Counted from the first letter of the stretch, positions 24,374-36,330 are shown. The stretch is DNA of 37,355 bases from Mesotaenium endlicherianum (GCA_009602735.1 WELA01002258.1:535645-572999), one strand, 5' to 3'. Notes: generated from the letters alone by a model not told the origin. Program-made: numbers and translations.

Positions 24374-25104
24374 GTTTATAAAGTGCATTTTTGAGTTTCA
24401 TGAAAGTGTGTTTTGTTTGTATAATTGTATAGAGTGCATTTGTGTGGTCATCTTGATATAAAGTTCATCGAATTTGGTCAAGCATTGAGAGAGTTGTGAA
24501 TTTCTGAAGTTTAAATAGTTTTGAGGTCGGTTGACGACTGTCCTTAATTCGCGGTGAGCGCGACCGTCGGATTGACCGACAGCGTCGAGCGATCTGGCCC
24601 GTTAGAATGAACTCGAACCTTCACGTAAGTTCGGCTGACGCGGAGTGCCGACTAGGTCAATTTACCTAAAAGTTTCGGTTTAGCCTAGCGCGTCTAAGAT
24701 AGAATATTCTAGTAATGTCAATGCATGTATGTGGACGTCAATTCGGCCCAACACGTCAGATTAGACTGATCTGGCTCACTCACGAATATTCCGGAAGGAA
24801 CGATTTGACAAACACTTAGGAAAATCCGTAGCTTCCTCCTAGAGAGGAGCACTTAGGCAGAAAATTATAAATAGGCATAATTTCTTTATTTCTTATCAGT
24901 TTTCACTTTTGTAAATTTCTACGGATTTGTAATGACAAGGTCTTCCATCCTATTACATTTGTGAGCATTTTCTTGCCATTAAAAATGTCAAGTAATTTTC
25001 CTAAGCTTTCTTAGCAATATGCCGCTGCACTCTTGAGTATGATTGCAACTAGCTTTGTTCCTCGTGAGTCACTACGCTTCCACTAGGGCACTCTGCCCCT
25101 TTCA
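24361..25104 (+). repeat. 3' LTR of element A (744 bp)
   Basis: TG...CA ends; roughly 94% identical (hand count) to the reassembled 5' LTR. Confidence 0.97.
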
Positions 25105-25682
25105 TAAGCCCACTCTACAGTCCCACTGTTTTTGTATATTTTGCACCGTTGCCTCTTCTATAATGTGCGTAAGGTCAAGGTCAGCCGTGAGAGAGTCCAA
25201 CAAACCTTCATTTTCCTTCCTTGTAAGATAGGTTGCCAAAGCAATAGCCTCATCAGACTGAAACCTACCAACCATATAATCCTCAACATCATCTGGCATT
25301 TTGTCCCATGTTCTTGTAGAGCCACCGTCTACTCTTTGACGTGGAGCTGCGGGGCACGCTGCGGGCTTCAAGTTCTTGGCTTTGAAGTCTTGAATCTGTT
25401 TCTTAAGAGCCAGATTCTCTTGCATTTGGGCTGCATTGTCTTGCTTGAGCTACAGTACTTCTTCCCTATGCTCAACAAACTTGAGTGCTATCTTATCTTT
25501 CAGCTGCACATTTTCTTCCGACTTTGTTGAATTTTTTTATATTGTTGTGCCTTCTCCTCAGATCTGGACCCTCTGTCAATAGATACACAAACTACATTTT
25601 GGGGTATGAGTGTCTTAGTCTTTGCAAAGCTGCCCCCTACTCTTGTTTGATTAGGATTATGTGCTGGCTTGGTTATCGACAT
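25105..25682 (-). pseudogene. N-terminal part of the same RAG1/Transib-like transposase
   Basis: ...NIQKQWDCRVGL joins in frame to AVMLKLGLSQEEY... at 10384 when the LTR element and one TAAGC copy are removed. The upstream coiled-coil region has a stop and a frameshift; the true start is uncertain. Confidence 0.8.
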
Positions 25683-26393
25683 TCTGACAGGTGATCATGT
25701 TGCTTGTGGGTCATGATGGAGGTGACAGATGGTGGATTCTAAGGACAGTTGAAGATCTAGCTACACATGAGAAGGCTACACAAATAAAAAGGGCTATTTT
25801 GGTAGTGCAGTGGGTATATGTTCTCAGCCTGGTAGGTAAGAATGACCTTATACAGGCACGTCAAGATAAGATATCCTATTTTTTTGAATAATCTTCATTT
25901 AAATACAATAAATCATTCTCTATCTTTAAAATAAAAAATAGGTATTTCTATGCATGTATTATGTAGGATGCATGCAATACAATACAGAGAGACTGAGAAC
26001 CTTACCTCCCAATGTGTACATGCAATTTTGAAGATTGCAACAAAATGCAATGTTGCTTTTGAAAATGTTCGTTTTTGTCTTACATTGGTACAACACAACT
26101 CTTTTCAAATGTCACCAAATTTACTCTTCCAACTTCTGAAGTGTTTGTAATATGCCCAGGAGTTGTAGGACCAACAATGTAACTATTTAATAACAATGGT
26201 GAGAAGTTATAGTGCTATGAAGTTGTGAAATGATGACACTGTTTTGAAAAATGCACATCTAACGCCATTTTTTGATGCACTTGAGATATTGCACAACTCA
26301 ATTAAAAACCATCCTTCATGTCTGAAACTTTAACAGTAGTTACATTTACACCTTAGAAACCAACAAATGTAAAGTGGTCAGTAGTCAATGTTA

Positions 26394-26875
26394 ATCTCCG
26401 GCTTTTGCGGACATAGGAGCTTCAAGTGTGCGAAGCTAGACACGTGTCCAACATTGAGGGGTCATAAGTAATTCAGTTTTTATTCAACACCAATTTTTTT
26501 TGTTTTGGGTTGTTCATCAAAGAGTTATGTGTACACACACAAGTTTTCAGTCCCATTGGATTATTATGGTACTCTTTGGACAACCTGCCATGATTGCTAA
26601 TGTCACACTAGAAGTTGTACTTTTGCTCGTTATTGACAAATTTTTCTTTGAGTCTGAAAAATTGCATATCTCAGCTAATACATATCCAACAAGCCTAATA
26701 TTCTGTGAGTACTTCAATTTGAACCTTAAGAAGGTTATGTACCAAAATCTTTGCTGTTCCAGCATGTCTGCCGCATTTTGTGGCCGCACCAGCTTAAAGC
26801 GTGCGAAGCTGGACACCTGTAAAAGTTTGAGAGGACATAGCTTACTGCTCTTTTACTGGAATTCAAATTTTTTAT
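26394..26875. repeat. Degenerate direct repeat at ~370-bp spacing (possible transposon subterminal modules)
   Basis: AGCTTCAAGTGTGCGAAGCTAGACACGTGT..TTGAGGGGTCATA (26418) versus AGCTTAAAGCGTGCGAAGCTGGACACCTGT..TTGAGAGGACATA (26791). Confidence 0.7.
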
Positions 26876-27839
26876 CTCCCATGTCTTTGACTTAGGGTCA
26901 CCTATCATCATACCAAATTTGAGCCCATTCTAATGTATTGAGTATGGGGTGGTAACTGTAGTGAGTGCTGCACAAAGTGGTAATTGTAAAAATTTCCAAT
27001 TTTGACCATTGTGGTCAATGAGCAGAAAAAATGGAATATCTCCTGGATTATTTCATATTACAGTCTGAAACTTTGAGAAAGTGGATGGAATACAAATGCC
27101 TACCTATTAAAACTTACTTTTCCAGATTTTATAAAAACCATCAGTTTTTATTACAAAAATAAGCTAAGTGTTTTAATAAAAGGCACTTTTGGGTGCATGT
27201 GAAAAGATGGATGCGCCGATGGCTCCTTTCTAACCAATATTAGAGCAAAGATTTCGCCCATGCAAAGCATATGAAGTACATTTACGCCGAAATGCTCCAC
27301 TAGGACCCTCTTGTATGCAATTTGTACCCTACTTTGTGACCTAATTAGTGGCAACAAATCAGAGGCAGGAAAAAGAAACACACAATATAAACACAGTTCT
27401 TTTCAAAAGCCTATATTGCACTAGCACCAATCCAACCGACTCTTCTTCTTATAGTACTCCGTGGGACTACTCCATCACGCCTATATATCAGTCAATAGGA
27501 AATGTCACATAAGTCGTGAGCGGCTCTTTAAGAACTGTGCAGGTCGGGCGGGTGGCTTAAAGGGGCTCTCACCTCCTGAGCTACGCTACCCTTAGTAAAT
27601 TATGACTAACTTATATAAGCAGTGGGTTGAGTACAACACAGCCTCAAGACGACACCATGTTAACCACTTTTGGTCATAAATAGCAAGTAGTTATGAGACA
27701 TGTGAATTTGAGCAATTGATTAAGGCCAGAATCAGGACCCCGCAACAAAATGCATGCGGCTACCACACATATGCAAATTGCACACAGCTACATCCCCGTG
27801 GGTATGTATGAGCAATTAGACAAGTGCCGCGGATACACG

Positions 27840-30304
27840 TCACGGGACACACACGTCTTGGCCGACAAGCAACGAGGGCGCATGACAGTCGACGCCTCGG
27901 TTAAGAGCCCTGAACCTTGCTGTGCTTTGTTGGAACTTGTGGTATATGATGCCCTCGCACGAGTCGCCCTTTCTAAGTGTGTATGTATTCCTTTTCGACT
28001 TGCAGCGTACGCGTCCTAAGAGAGCCCCCTTGACGCACACCTGCAAGGGCAATCGAGAAAAATTTATCACTTCAAATTGCACACCAGCTCTTGACGTGCA
28101 AGGGAGCCAACCCGGATGAAAAAGAGGGAGCACGCAGGAACCTTCCTATGCATGCAGGTATCCTTGCAATCGAGTGCTTCACTTTGTGTTTCATTTCTTT
28201 TTTGTTGTTTCTGGTTCTTCATACGTGCAAGCTGTCACCTGTCTTAAGAGTGTCCCACTCACTGCCATGTACTGGGTCCGGGTGAGAATAGGTGCAGCTT
28301 GCAAGTCGTAGAAGCGACACATGTCCTAAGTTCTAGCTAACACTACTTCATTGGTGCAAGCAAGGAGGGCATACCTGCTGGCCCGGAAAGGGCTGGCTAC
28401 TGAGCTTGAGGTTGTCACATAGAAGGCCCGGATTCAAACTCAAGAATTGCTCAAGAGTAAGCCGTGACGCAGCCTGGATAGACGCGCAGGTGTCGCCAGT
28501 TTCCACTGGCCTATACTGAGTGCACACAGGCGTTTGTGTCACGAGATCTTGTTGAGCGACTGCACTTGTTGATAGCTTGAGACATATCTGTGAGCAGCAA
28601 GAGTATTACACACGGCAGGAAGGGTGGAAGGCCCATCAGTCGCAATGCGTCACTGGCCATGCTGGCGTGTGAAGCCTCGCTAGCAGCTGGAGTGCAGATT
28701 TTAGAACCTAGCAGACAAGCGAATACTTGGGAGGTCTCTCATGTCGACACCAGGGCTCCAAATGGGACGAGCCGTAGAGAACGGCGCGAGCCGAGGACCA
28801 ACTTCCAGCAGACTGTCGTGCGTTTCAAACGCTTTGTAAACTAGTGGCAGATGCTCGACGGCACTGATGGAACAAAAGTGAGTGCGTTTGACATGAGCTC
28901 TTCGATGCCGCCGACAGTCCATCAGACATGACCGGCACGCATCACTCCGTGCCGCCATTCACTACTTCTGAAACGCATCGGATGGGCTTCCACTAGGAGA
29001 ACTTGTGCTTTGCAGGTTGCTTCATCCCACACCAACTGCAGACTACACCTTTCTTTTCTCATTCTCATCTCCTGTCAACACACGTCTCGCACAAGCCGTG
29101 GCCCTTTGAGACCAACTTCCACACCAACCTACAACGCACATTTTGCATGAAGTTAATAGAAGGCAGGCCGTGGTCATGGTGAATGTGCAATGTCAACATA
29201 CAGGCATCAATCAGCATTCAAGTCTCCCAATTGATTCCATTCAGCATCACCCCGAAGGGTATAAGATTCGGGCTTGTGTTTCTTACTCGCTGCCCGATGA
29301 TGAGGAAACTGCTTCTACATTGAAGGCCAGGGTTTGCGCGGCTGAACTCTCTCATGTTCCCATGAAAGTAACGGTAAATGATTGACGTGCATGAGTCGCC
29401 CTGCACACCAAACACGAAGGCAGTCTTCATCATGGCCGGCCAACCCAAGCTTTCAGGCGAAGGAGGCACCATCATGTGCCTGTCACACTCATGACCTGCT
29501 GCTGCCTTCCCACAGTCTTGTGCAGTGCAGAGGACGCGAACTGCTGCCCCCCCCACAGCCTCTTGCAACACGCACCGAACACTGATTCACGACAAAGCTT
29601 CTGCACAACACCAACATTGTTGCTCCTTGACCCTCGCACAACACATGAACAAGCTGCTGCTCGCTGCACCGTGCCTTGCACAGGCCAGCTTGGCCAACCA
29701 AAGTGAAGGCGGCAACAATGGCAACTCCCAACAGATATTTAAAAGGAGACGTGGTCAACACCGTCAACACATGTCGACTTCAGCCCAGCCTCGGCGGCGT
29801 TACTCCTCTCAGCATACTCGGCAGTGAAGCACCAGTGCCGCCCGCTCTTCTCAGACAGCTTCAGCCGCGATATGAATCCAAAGACTACTTCCCTCCTCAA
29901 GCTCACAGCACGTGGCAACCGGATACAAAATAAGCAATCTGCTTCTAACTGCCAGAAACCTGCTTCTCGACACGCCCGCAACTATAAGAACATTAGAAGA
30001 GGAATACTCACAGGCCTACACAAGGACTCCCTCGTCCATGGAGAGGCTCAGACATGAGAAAAACTGCAAGTAATATGCAGGCACGCATTATAAATTGCTT
30101 TGAACTAACACAAGCAAGTGCGTGCTATGCACTCACTGGGCACACATAATGGAGCTCGGCCAGACGTCAGCTAGAGCGAAGTCTCACCCGTCGGACATAG
30201 TACACGGACGTGCATTTGTTGGTCCCCTTGACAGGTGTCACGTCCAAGCTTGTATTTGCCTTGAGATGATTGCAGTCCACCCCCTGCAGGATTACTCATC
30301 GAAG

Positions 30305-30377
<73 letters not shown>

Positions 30378-33300
30378 NGAGAGAGAGAGAGAGAGGAGGG
30401 GGGGGAGAGAGGGAAGGAGGGAGGGAGAGGGGGAGGGAGGACGGGAGGGAGGGAGAAAGGAGGGAGGGAAGGGGGCAAGGGGGCAAGTGAGTGCATGTTT
30501 GCCTGGGTCCATCCCCTCGTGTTGCCTTGCCGCACATCATTCACGATCACAGTTGCCAAAAACATTAAAAGAAGGGCGCGCAATGAGATGGGGGCAGACC
30601 AGTTTGAAATGAGGCCTTGCATGCGCGTCTCACCCACCATTTTGTACAAGCCACTATTCACCGCTGCATGATCGCTGCCCGCCCAAGATGTTTCAGTGCA
30701 GAAGTATACATCACTACCAAGGGGCCAGGAGGACTGGAGTTCCAGGAAGGGTACGTTCATTTGTTTGATGCAGGAGCGTGAAGAGAGGGCGGCTTCTTAC
30801 GGGGTTCTTTGCCAGAAGCTGTGTAGTGGTGAGGAGAAAGGTAGCGCAGATGAGGCTGCATGTGTCCTTGGCCTGCACCACATACTTCTGCACGCCGGTG
30901 CTCACAGCACCTGAAGAGGAAAGACCACGCGTGCATGAGCGCGCGCGCACATGCACACACATACACACACACACACACACATGTGCGCACGCAGTATGGC
31001 GTCACGGGAGTTGACGCTTCACACGGGGATTTCACAGGGGACCTGATCCTGACCCTTGCAAGGAGCCTCCCAGCCTACACAGACACCTAAATAATCATTT
31101 TTTCTCTATTTAAAAATCTCAATCTCCCAGGCGGCCCCCTTTCAACTCAGAATCCTAATTTGGTCACAATAAGCTCTCCGATAGCCCAGGCACAAGAATA
31201 AAACAAATTTCACCAAACTACTTCATAAGCGCACGCATAACAGCAATGGACAACAGAACAAGTAAGTGGACAATGGTGAGGATCTGCGCTGCATCATGTC
31301 TGCTGACAGGTGTCAGAAACGAGAAGCAGGACTGAGCTATCCCTCCCCAAGTAAAATCCACGCGAGCATGCGGCTGCCCACGGGTACGTAGAGGACCCAG
31401 GTCGGCGAAACGGCAAACATGTACAGCACCTTCCTTTGACGGAAGCGGACCTGGGCCTCGTCTCACCCACTCACTACGTAGTATAATAAAAACTCTGAAA
31501 GCTCATCGCAACTTCGAAGTTCCTCAAAGAGCCGCTGTTGTGAGGCCCCCCAAAGGGAAACAACAGACCCCCCCGCGCCAAGACCCAGGAGACACAGAGA
31601 GACCCAGGAGAAAGATGCAGGCTCACCGGACACGCAGGTTGGGGAGGAGTCAACCCTGAACCCTGCGGAGTAGCCAATGGGGCAGATACAGGTGTAGCCT
31701 CCCTTGCGATCGTTCACACATGTGCCCAGCTGGCACGGATTGTAGAGGGAGAACTTGCACACGTCCTCTGCGAGGTCCAGGAGGGCAGTCACAAGCTTTC
31801 ATCATTTTCACGCCAATGAAGTTGCAGAATACAAGGACGCTGACCTCCACCACTCCCTGGGATTCCGTGCGAAGGTTTAGCGTGAAGGGTTTTCAATTTG
31901 TCGGGTTTATGAGGTAAGGCTTTGGCATGCGTTGATACGACAGGTCCCTATGTGGAACAGGCGCTCGGTAGACTTGGCCATGGCTGATGCAATAGGCCTC
32001 GAGAGTGGGAAGCAATCGACAGGGGTACGCAAGGACAGGCAGCCCATGTTAGGCAAAAAAGCAGCGGTGCCAGAGACGGGCACGGATGCCAGAGAGAAGA
32101 AGGTTCAAGCAGATTGACAGGTGCCAGAAAGGAGGGGGAGCACAGGACCCAGCAAGAACAGGTGCCTATAAGAGCAGGACAGGTGCCAGAGAGGGGGACG
32201 ACAGGTGCCCAAGAGGAGGACACGTGTCTGGGAAGAGAACGGGTGCCAGAGAAGGACAGGCGTCAAAGTGGACTGGTGGCAGAGAGAAGGATAGGTGCCA
32301 GAGGGGAGCAAGCTGAGCCCGGCAAAGCCAGGAAGCGGGCGGCAGTGGGCACAGCTGAAGGTGGGTGAGGGTCAGCAACAAGAGCCCTGGCCCCTGGTAG
32401 TGGATATGAAGCGGCCTCTCCGCCTTTGACTGACTTTGTTCCAACTTTCGTTGACCTCCAATGACTGTTTGACTTGCACTTATTATCAACCTTGTGTATC
32501 GAGCAGTACTTCACTGCAAGGTATCCAAAAGTGCAAGCCGCTTGTTGCTTGCGCAGTGAGGAGCCCCAAGAAGCTTCTCACTGACGTAGAGGCAGTTGGT
32601 GAGGACACTGACGGGGAATATGATCAAGACTTCCTATTAGCCACAACGCATCTCATGTAACCCTGCTTGTTTGCTTGTTCCACATCTCACACCATATTAG
32701 ACACAAAGTGCCAACTCATCTAGTAGCAGCTCCCTTCCGCCCAGATTGGTCTCCCACAGAGGTGCAGGTGGACAGCCGACCATGACCAAACACCGTCTGA
32801 GAATCGCAAGAAATATTGTGAGCGCGCTCGCGCGTACCGGGAGCGCAGGTCTGAGAGCCGTCGATGTTTGTCACCGCCATAAACGAGGGAGGGCACACGC
32901 ACACGTTGCTCTTCCCGCGCACGACACACCTGCCCCCCCCGCAGGGGTTGATCGCCCCGCAGGGAGTGCGCGCTGCACGAGCAGGACAGCCACAGCCCTC
33001 TCGGCTCAGCTTGTTGCGCAGAGAGGAGCCACACTTGTTTCCATTCAGCAGCTGACAACAGTAGACAGCAGGTGACAGCTACCAGGGGCGTGTGCCTTCA
33101 AGGAACACAGAAACCATCAGGAGACATCTATGACCGGCCATTTACCACGTTGATGTATCACACAGGTGATCATGCGGCTGCGCACACGTTCACACCCGCA
33201 CGAGCGCGCGGCCTGCGGCAGAGACCAGCACAGCAGCCCTTCAGAGTTTGCGAAAGTACAAATCCAGAGGGAAGCTGAGGGCCCCTGCGTGCTCAAAGGG

Positions 33301-36300
33301 AGGCCCCGAGTGTTTGAGCTTTCAGAACAAACGTGCGGCAGCAGAGAGAGCGGGGCATGCCCTCGTGCAAATCGCAGTCCTTCCCAGGCCTTTGATATTT
33401 GACGAAGAAAAAGATGAGGGACTCGAAGAAGAAGAAAAAGAAGAGGACAATGACGACAAAGAGGGAGGCGTTGCAAAGCCATTGATGCTGACTGACAAAG
33501 TCCGAGCCCAGAGAAGCAAGAGCAGATGGGCAAACGGGCAGATGTGCAAATGCGCACAGAAGGAGCAGGAGGAGGCGTACTTTTCATGACGGGATAGCTG
33601 CCCGGCGTGTCGGTAATTCCACAGATGCCAGGGCCCCCGACGATAGCGAGGTTCATGTACCCCATATCCCCCCACCCGGTGCCCCAAGAATTTCGGATGA
33701 TCCAGTAAGGCGTGACTGCATTCAGGACGTAGCCCACCACCAGCACTGTGTGGTCCACCAGCCTGTTCTTGTAGCATGTTGGGTCATTGTACACCCTCCC
33801 CTGCTCAAAAGAATGGCTCGTGGAGAAAATTCAGATGCCAGGTGGTTTTGTAGCAGTGCCAATTTCTGCTGTACTCGGACTTATAGTACCCAAAGAGAGG
33901 GGTTAGCACACCCGCGGCAAAACCTGTTGCTGCGGCTCCCAGCATGAGAGAACCAGCACGAGAGAGTGAGAGAGAGAGTGAGAGAGAGAGAGGGAGAGAG
34001 AGAGAGAGANNNNNNNNNNNNNNNNNNNNNNNNNNNNNNNNNNNNNNNNNNNNNNNNNNNNNNNNNNNNNNNNNNNNNNNNNNNNNNNNNNNNNNNNNNN
34101 NNNNNNNNNNNNNNNNNNNNNNNNNNNNNNNNNNNNNNNNNNNNNNNNNNNNNNNNNNNNNNNNNNNNNNNNNNNNNNNNNNNNNNNNNNNNNNNNNNNN
34201 NNNNNNNNNNNNNNNNNNNNNNNNNNNNNNNNNNNNNNNNNNNNNNNNNNNNNNNNNNNNNNNNNNNNNNNNNNNNNNNNNNNNNNNNNNGGGGGGGAAG
34301 AGAGAGGGAGGGGGGGAGAGGGAGAGGGAGAGAGAAGGAAAGAGACAATTCACCACGTGACGAGCCCTCCCGCCCCCCAGATTGCACTCCCAGTGACTTC
34401 CAGGAGGATGCGTGCCGTTCCGGTCAAGCTGTGAGCTAGCGTACATGACACAGGAGGATGGAAAACAGAGATGTGCAACTTGCAGCATTTGCAAACGTGT
34501 TGACAGCATTTGTGTGACAACGGGACAGATGAGCACACGTGCTCGGGACATGGAATGAGTACCCCTTTGAAGTATTTGAAGGAGTCTTGATCAGCTTCCA
34601 GGTTGACAACTACGGGCTGCACTTGAACCGCCAGCAGGAGCCCAAACCAGCCAAAGAAATCCACGTGCTCCCATCTGGTAATCCCAAGCTGGCTTAACGG
34701 TGCCTGCAGAAGAAGGGGCCCAATGAGCAGCGCCACCTTTGTTCTTGTTAGTGGGACCTGCGTTAAAATGTAGCACGTTAATGCTCGACAGACTGTAGAT
34801 CCGTGACAGACCAGTGCTGCACCGTCCCGAAGTCAAGCTTGCCAAACATCACTGACATCACGACGGTGGAAATACCACCTCTTGCCTCCATGCACCATGC
34901 CATCAACACACTTGACGCAATCTCCTCTCGAAAAAGACTCCAGTCGCTTCAAGTGGGAGAGCAATCCGCGGGTTGAGAGAACATATGTTACTCACGGCCC
35001 CATTGGTGCATCTAGCGTTGCCCGTTTGGGCATGGTACGGGTACTCCTTCTCTGTCGCAAGCCCGCCCTTGCCATCTGTCGTAAGCTTTGCAACGTACGC
35101 TAGAGCATCGTCAGGCGAGCCTCCCAGGCATGAGCTGCCGCCCGGGCGGCAGTCGAGGACCTGCTGCTCGCTCCCTGATACAGTCAAGCCCGACGAGATG
35201 GAGGCTGCTGCCTCAATGGCTGCCACCGTTGCAAACAACCAGCAGGCGCCTGCACAATCACGTCACAATGTTGACATAACTACTATCTTAGGCAACATGG
35301 GGGGGGTCAAATAGAGATTAAACACGGCCTCACCCGCAGGCATGCACCAGCTTACTGATCCCCATGACGTGAAAACCGAGGAGGGACAAGAGGGACAAGC
35401 TAGTTCTCTGAATCTTTGGAGTCTTGTAGGGTGTTGTTCATTGACAAGATTGCTCCTGATGGAGCTCCCATGGACACATACCCTGATTGAAGCAACCATA
35501 TTTTCCGCTTGTCCCATACTCCAATCACATAGGATGTTGCCACACATGCTTCTTCCTTAATCACAAAGAGCCTTGCTTGTGGATGGACCCCTCAAAGACA
35601 GAGCAGGCTACCTGTTTGGGACAAAAGACAGGTTGGCCAGGTAAATGAGCTTATACTCACTGCAACTCCCTTGATCCTTGACACCCGTCAGGACACCTCT
35701 TTTGCGCCAGTCTACGCTGGCCTTTATGTCCCAATTCAGGTCATCTACAGAGCCAGAGTAGCGATAACTGGCGTGCAGAAAATATTTGCTCAGATACCTA
35801 GGGTTCCCCGGCGGGGGGGGAATGAATCCTGTGGCACGAACAGGTGCCCTAAGAATTGAAGCCCTCTTGGTAGGTGGAGGAGGACCTGCCAAGCATGCAC
35901 AATGGAGCTTTGCAGGCAATGTGAGGTTACAACCTCGCTCTATTTTCAATCCTTGGCAGACCGTAGAGAACTTTCTGAATTGCAATTACTGTTTTCATTC
36001 CATTCTGGAGCCATAGTCATCTGTTTCATTTCGGTTTCTCCCCTTCTTCAGGTGCCACTTAAGAACAACACTAGCAGGTGACATGGCCTGCCTTATAGAG
36101 CTTTGATAACATATCCCAGACCCACAATTAGTTGCTACTAAGCGAGGTACATTTTAGCCATCTAATTTAGGCGTGCACACCTAAGCAGGCTTCTGATTGA
36201 GTCTTTAGACTATCTGTAAAAAGCTTGCAGACTTACCATCAGCTGCTGAGACTTTTACAGCTACTGTAAAGGTCAGAAATGCAGTCATTACAAGGATAAA

Positions 36301-36330
36301 GACTGGCACTCTGGGTACAACAGAGTTCAT
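27840..36330 (-). CDS. Secreted papain-family (C1A) cysteine protease with 2 EGF-like and 4 LysM domains; 12 exons, ~647 aa
   Basis: Exons, all GT-AG and phase-consistent, 1944 nt in total: 36330-36237 (signal peptide), 35885-35661 (VDWR..VKDQGSC), 35249-34996 (SACWLF, SEQQVLDC, CLGG), 34703-34563, 33800-33581 (DHTVLVVGY, YWIIRNSWG), 32972-32838 (EGF), 31767-31627 (EGF), 30910-30801, 30283-30188, 29400-29287, 28587-28375, 28040-27840 (LysM x4: YxVxxGD[T/S]C..NPGLxC..LxxGQ). Catalytic Q, C, H and N are intact. Confidence 0.9.
30308..30488. repeat. (GA)n microsatellite plus G/A-rich tract (intronic)
   Basis: Directly visible dinucleotide run followed by GGGA-type repeats. Confidence 0.97.
30954..30981. 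repeat. (CA)n microsatellite (intronic)
   Basis: Directly visible. Confidence 0.9.
32064..32305. repeat. Degenerate minisatellite with core ACAGGTGCCAGAGA (intron 6)
   Basis: About 10 variant copies, e.g. GACAGGTGCCAGAAAG, AACAGGTGCCTATAAG, GACAGGTGCCAGAGAG, GACAGGTGCCCAAGAG, ATAGGTGCCAGAGG. Confidence 0.8.
33961..34345. repeat. (GA)-rich microsatellite flanking an assembly gap (N 34010-34290) in intron 4
   Basis: Directly visible. Confidence 0.95.

Larger units (their letters stand above)
10390..25104 (+). mobile_element. Ty3/Gypsy chromovirus LTR retrotransposon A (outer), full length but decayed
   Basis: TG...CA LTRs, 5-bp TSD TAAGC at 10385-10389 and 25105-25109, PBS, gag, PR-RT-RH-INT-chromodomain and PPT. 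Confidence 0.97.
6866..27201 (-). mobile_element. Putative RAG1/Transib-like DNA transposon (about 5.6 kb once the nested LTR elements are removed); termini tentative
   Basis: Contains the split DDE transposase, a convergent second ORF and degenerate subterminal repeats (26290-27170). Weak CAC-initiated inverted ends: CACATGCATCCCA at 6866 and revcomp CACATGCACCCA ending at 27201. No clean TSD. Confidence 0.45.

Noticed and set aside
30122..30760. ORFs with RE/SL dipeptide runs (also 33805-34551)
   Set aside because: These are translations of intronic (GA)n microsatellites and N gaps.
32064..32305. CRISPR-like repeat-spacer array
   Set aside because: The repeats are degenerate and irregularly spaced, sit in a eukaryotic intron, and no cas genes are present.
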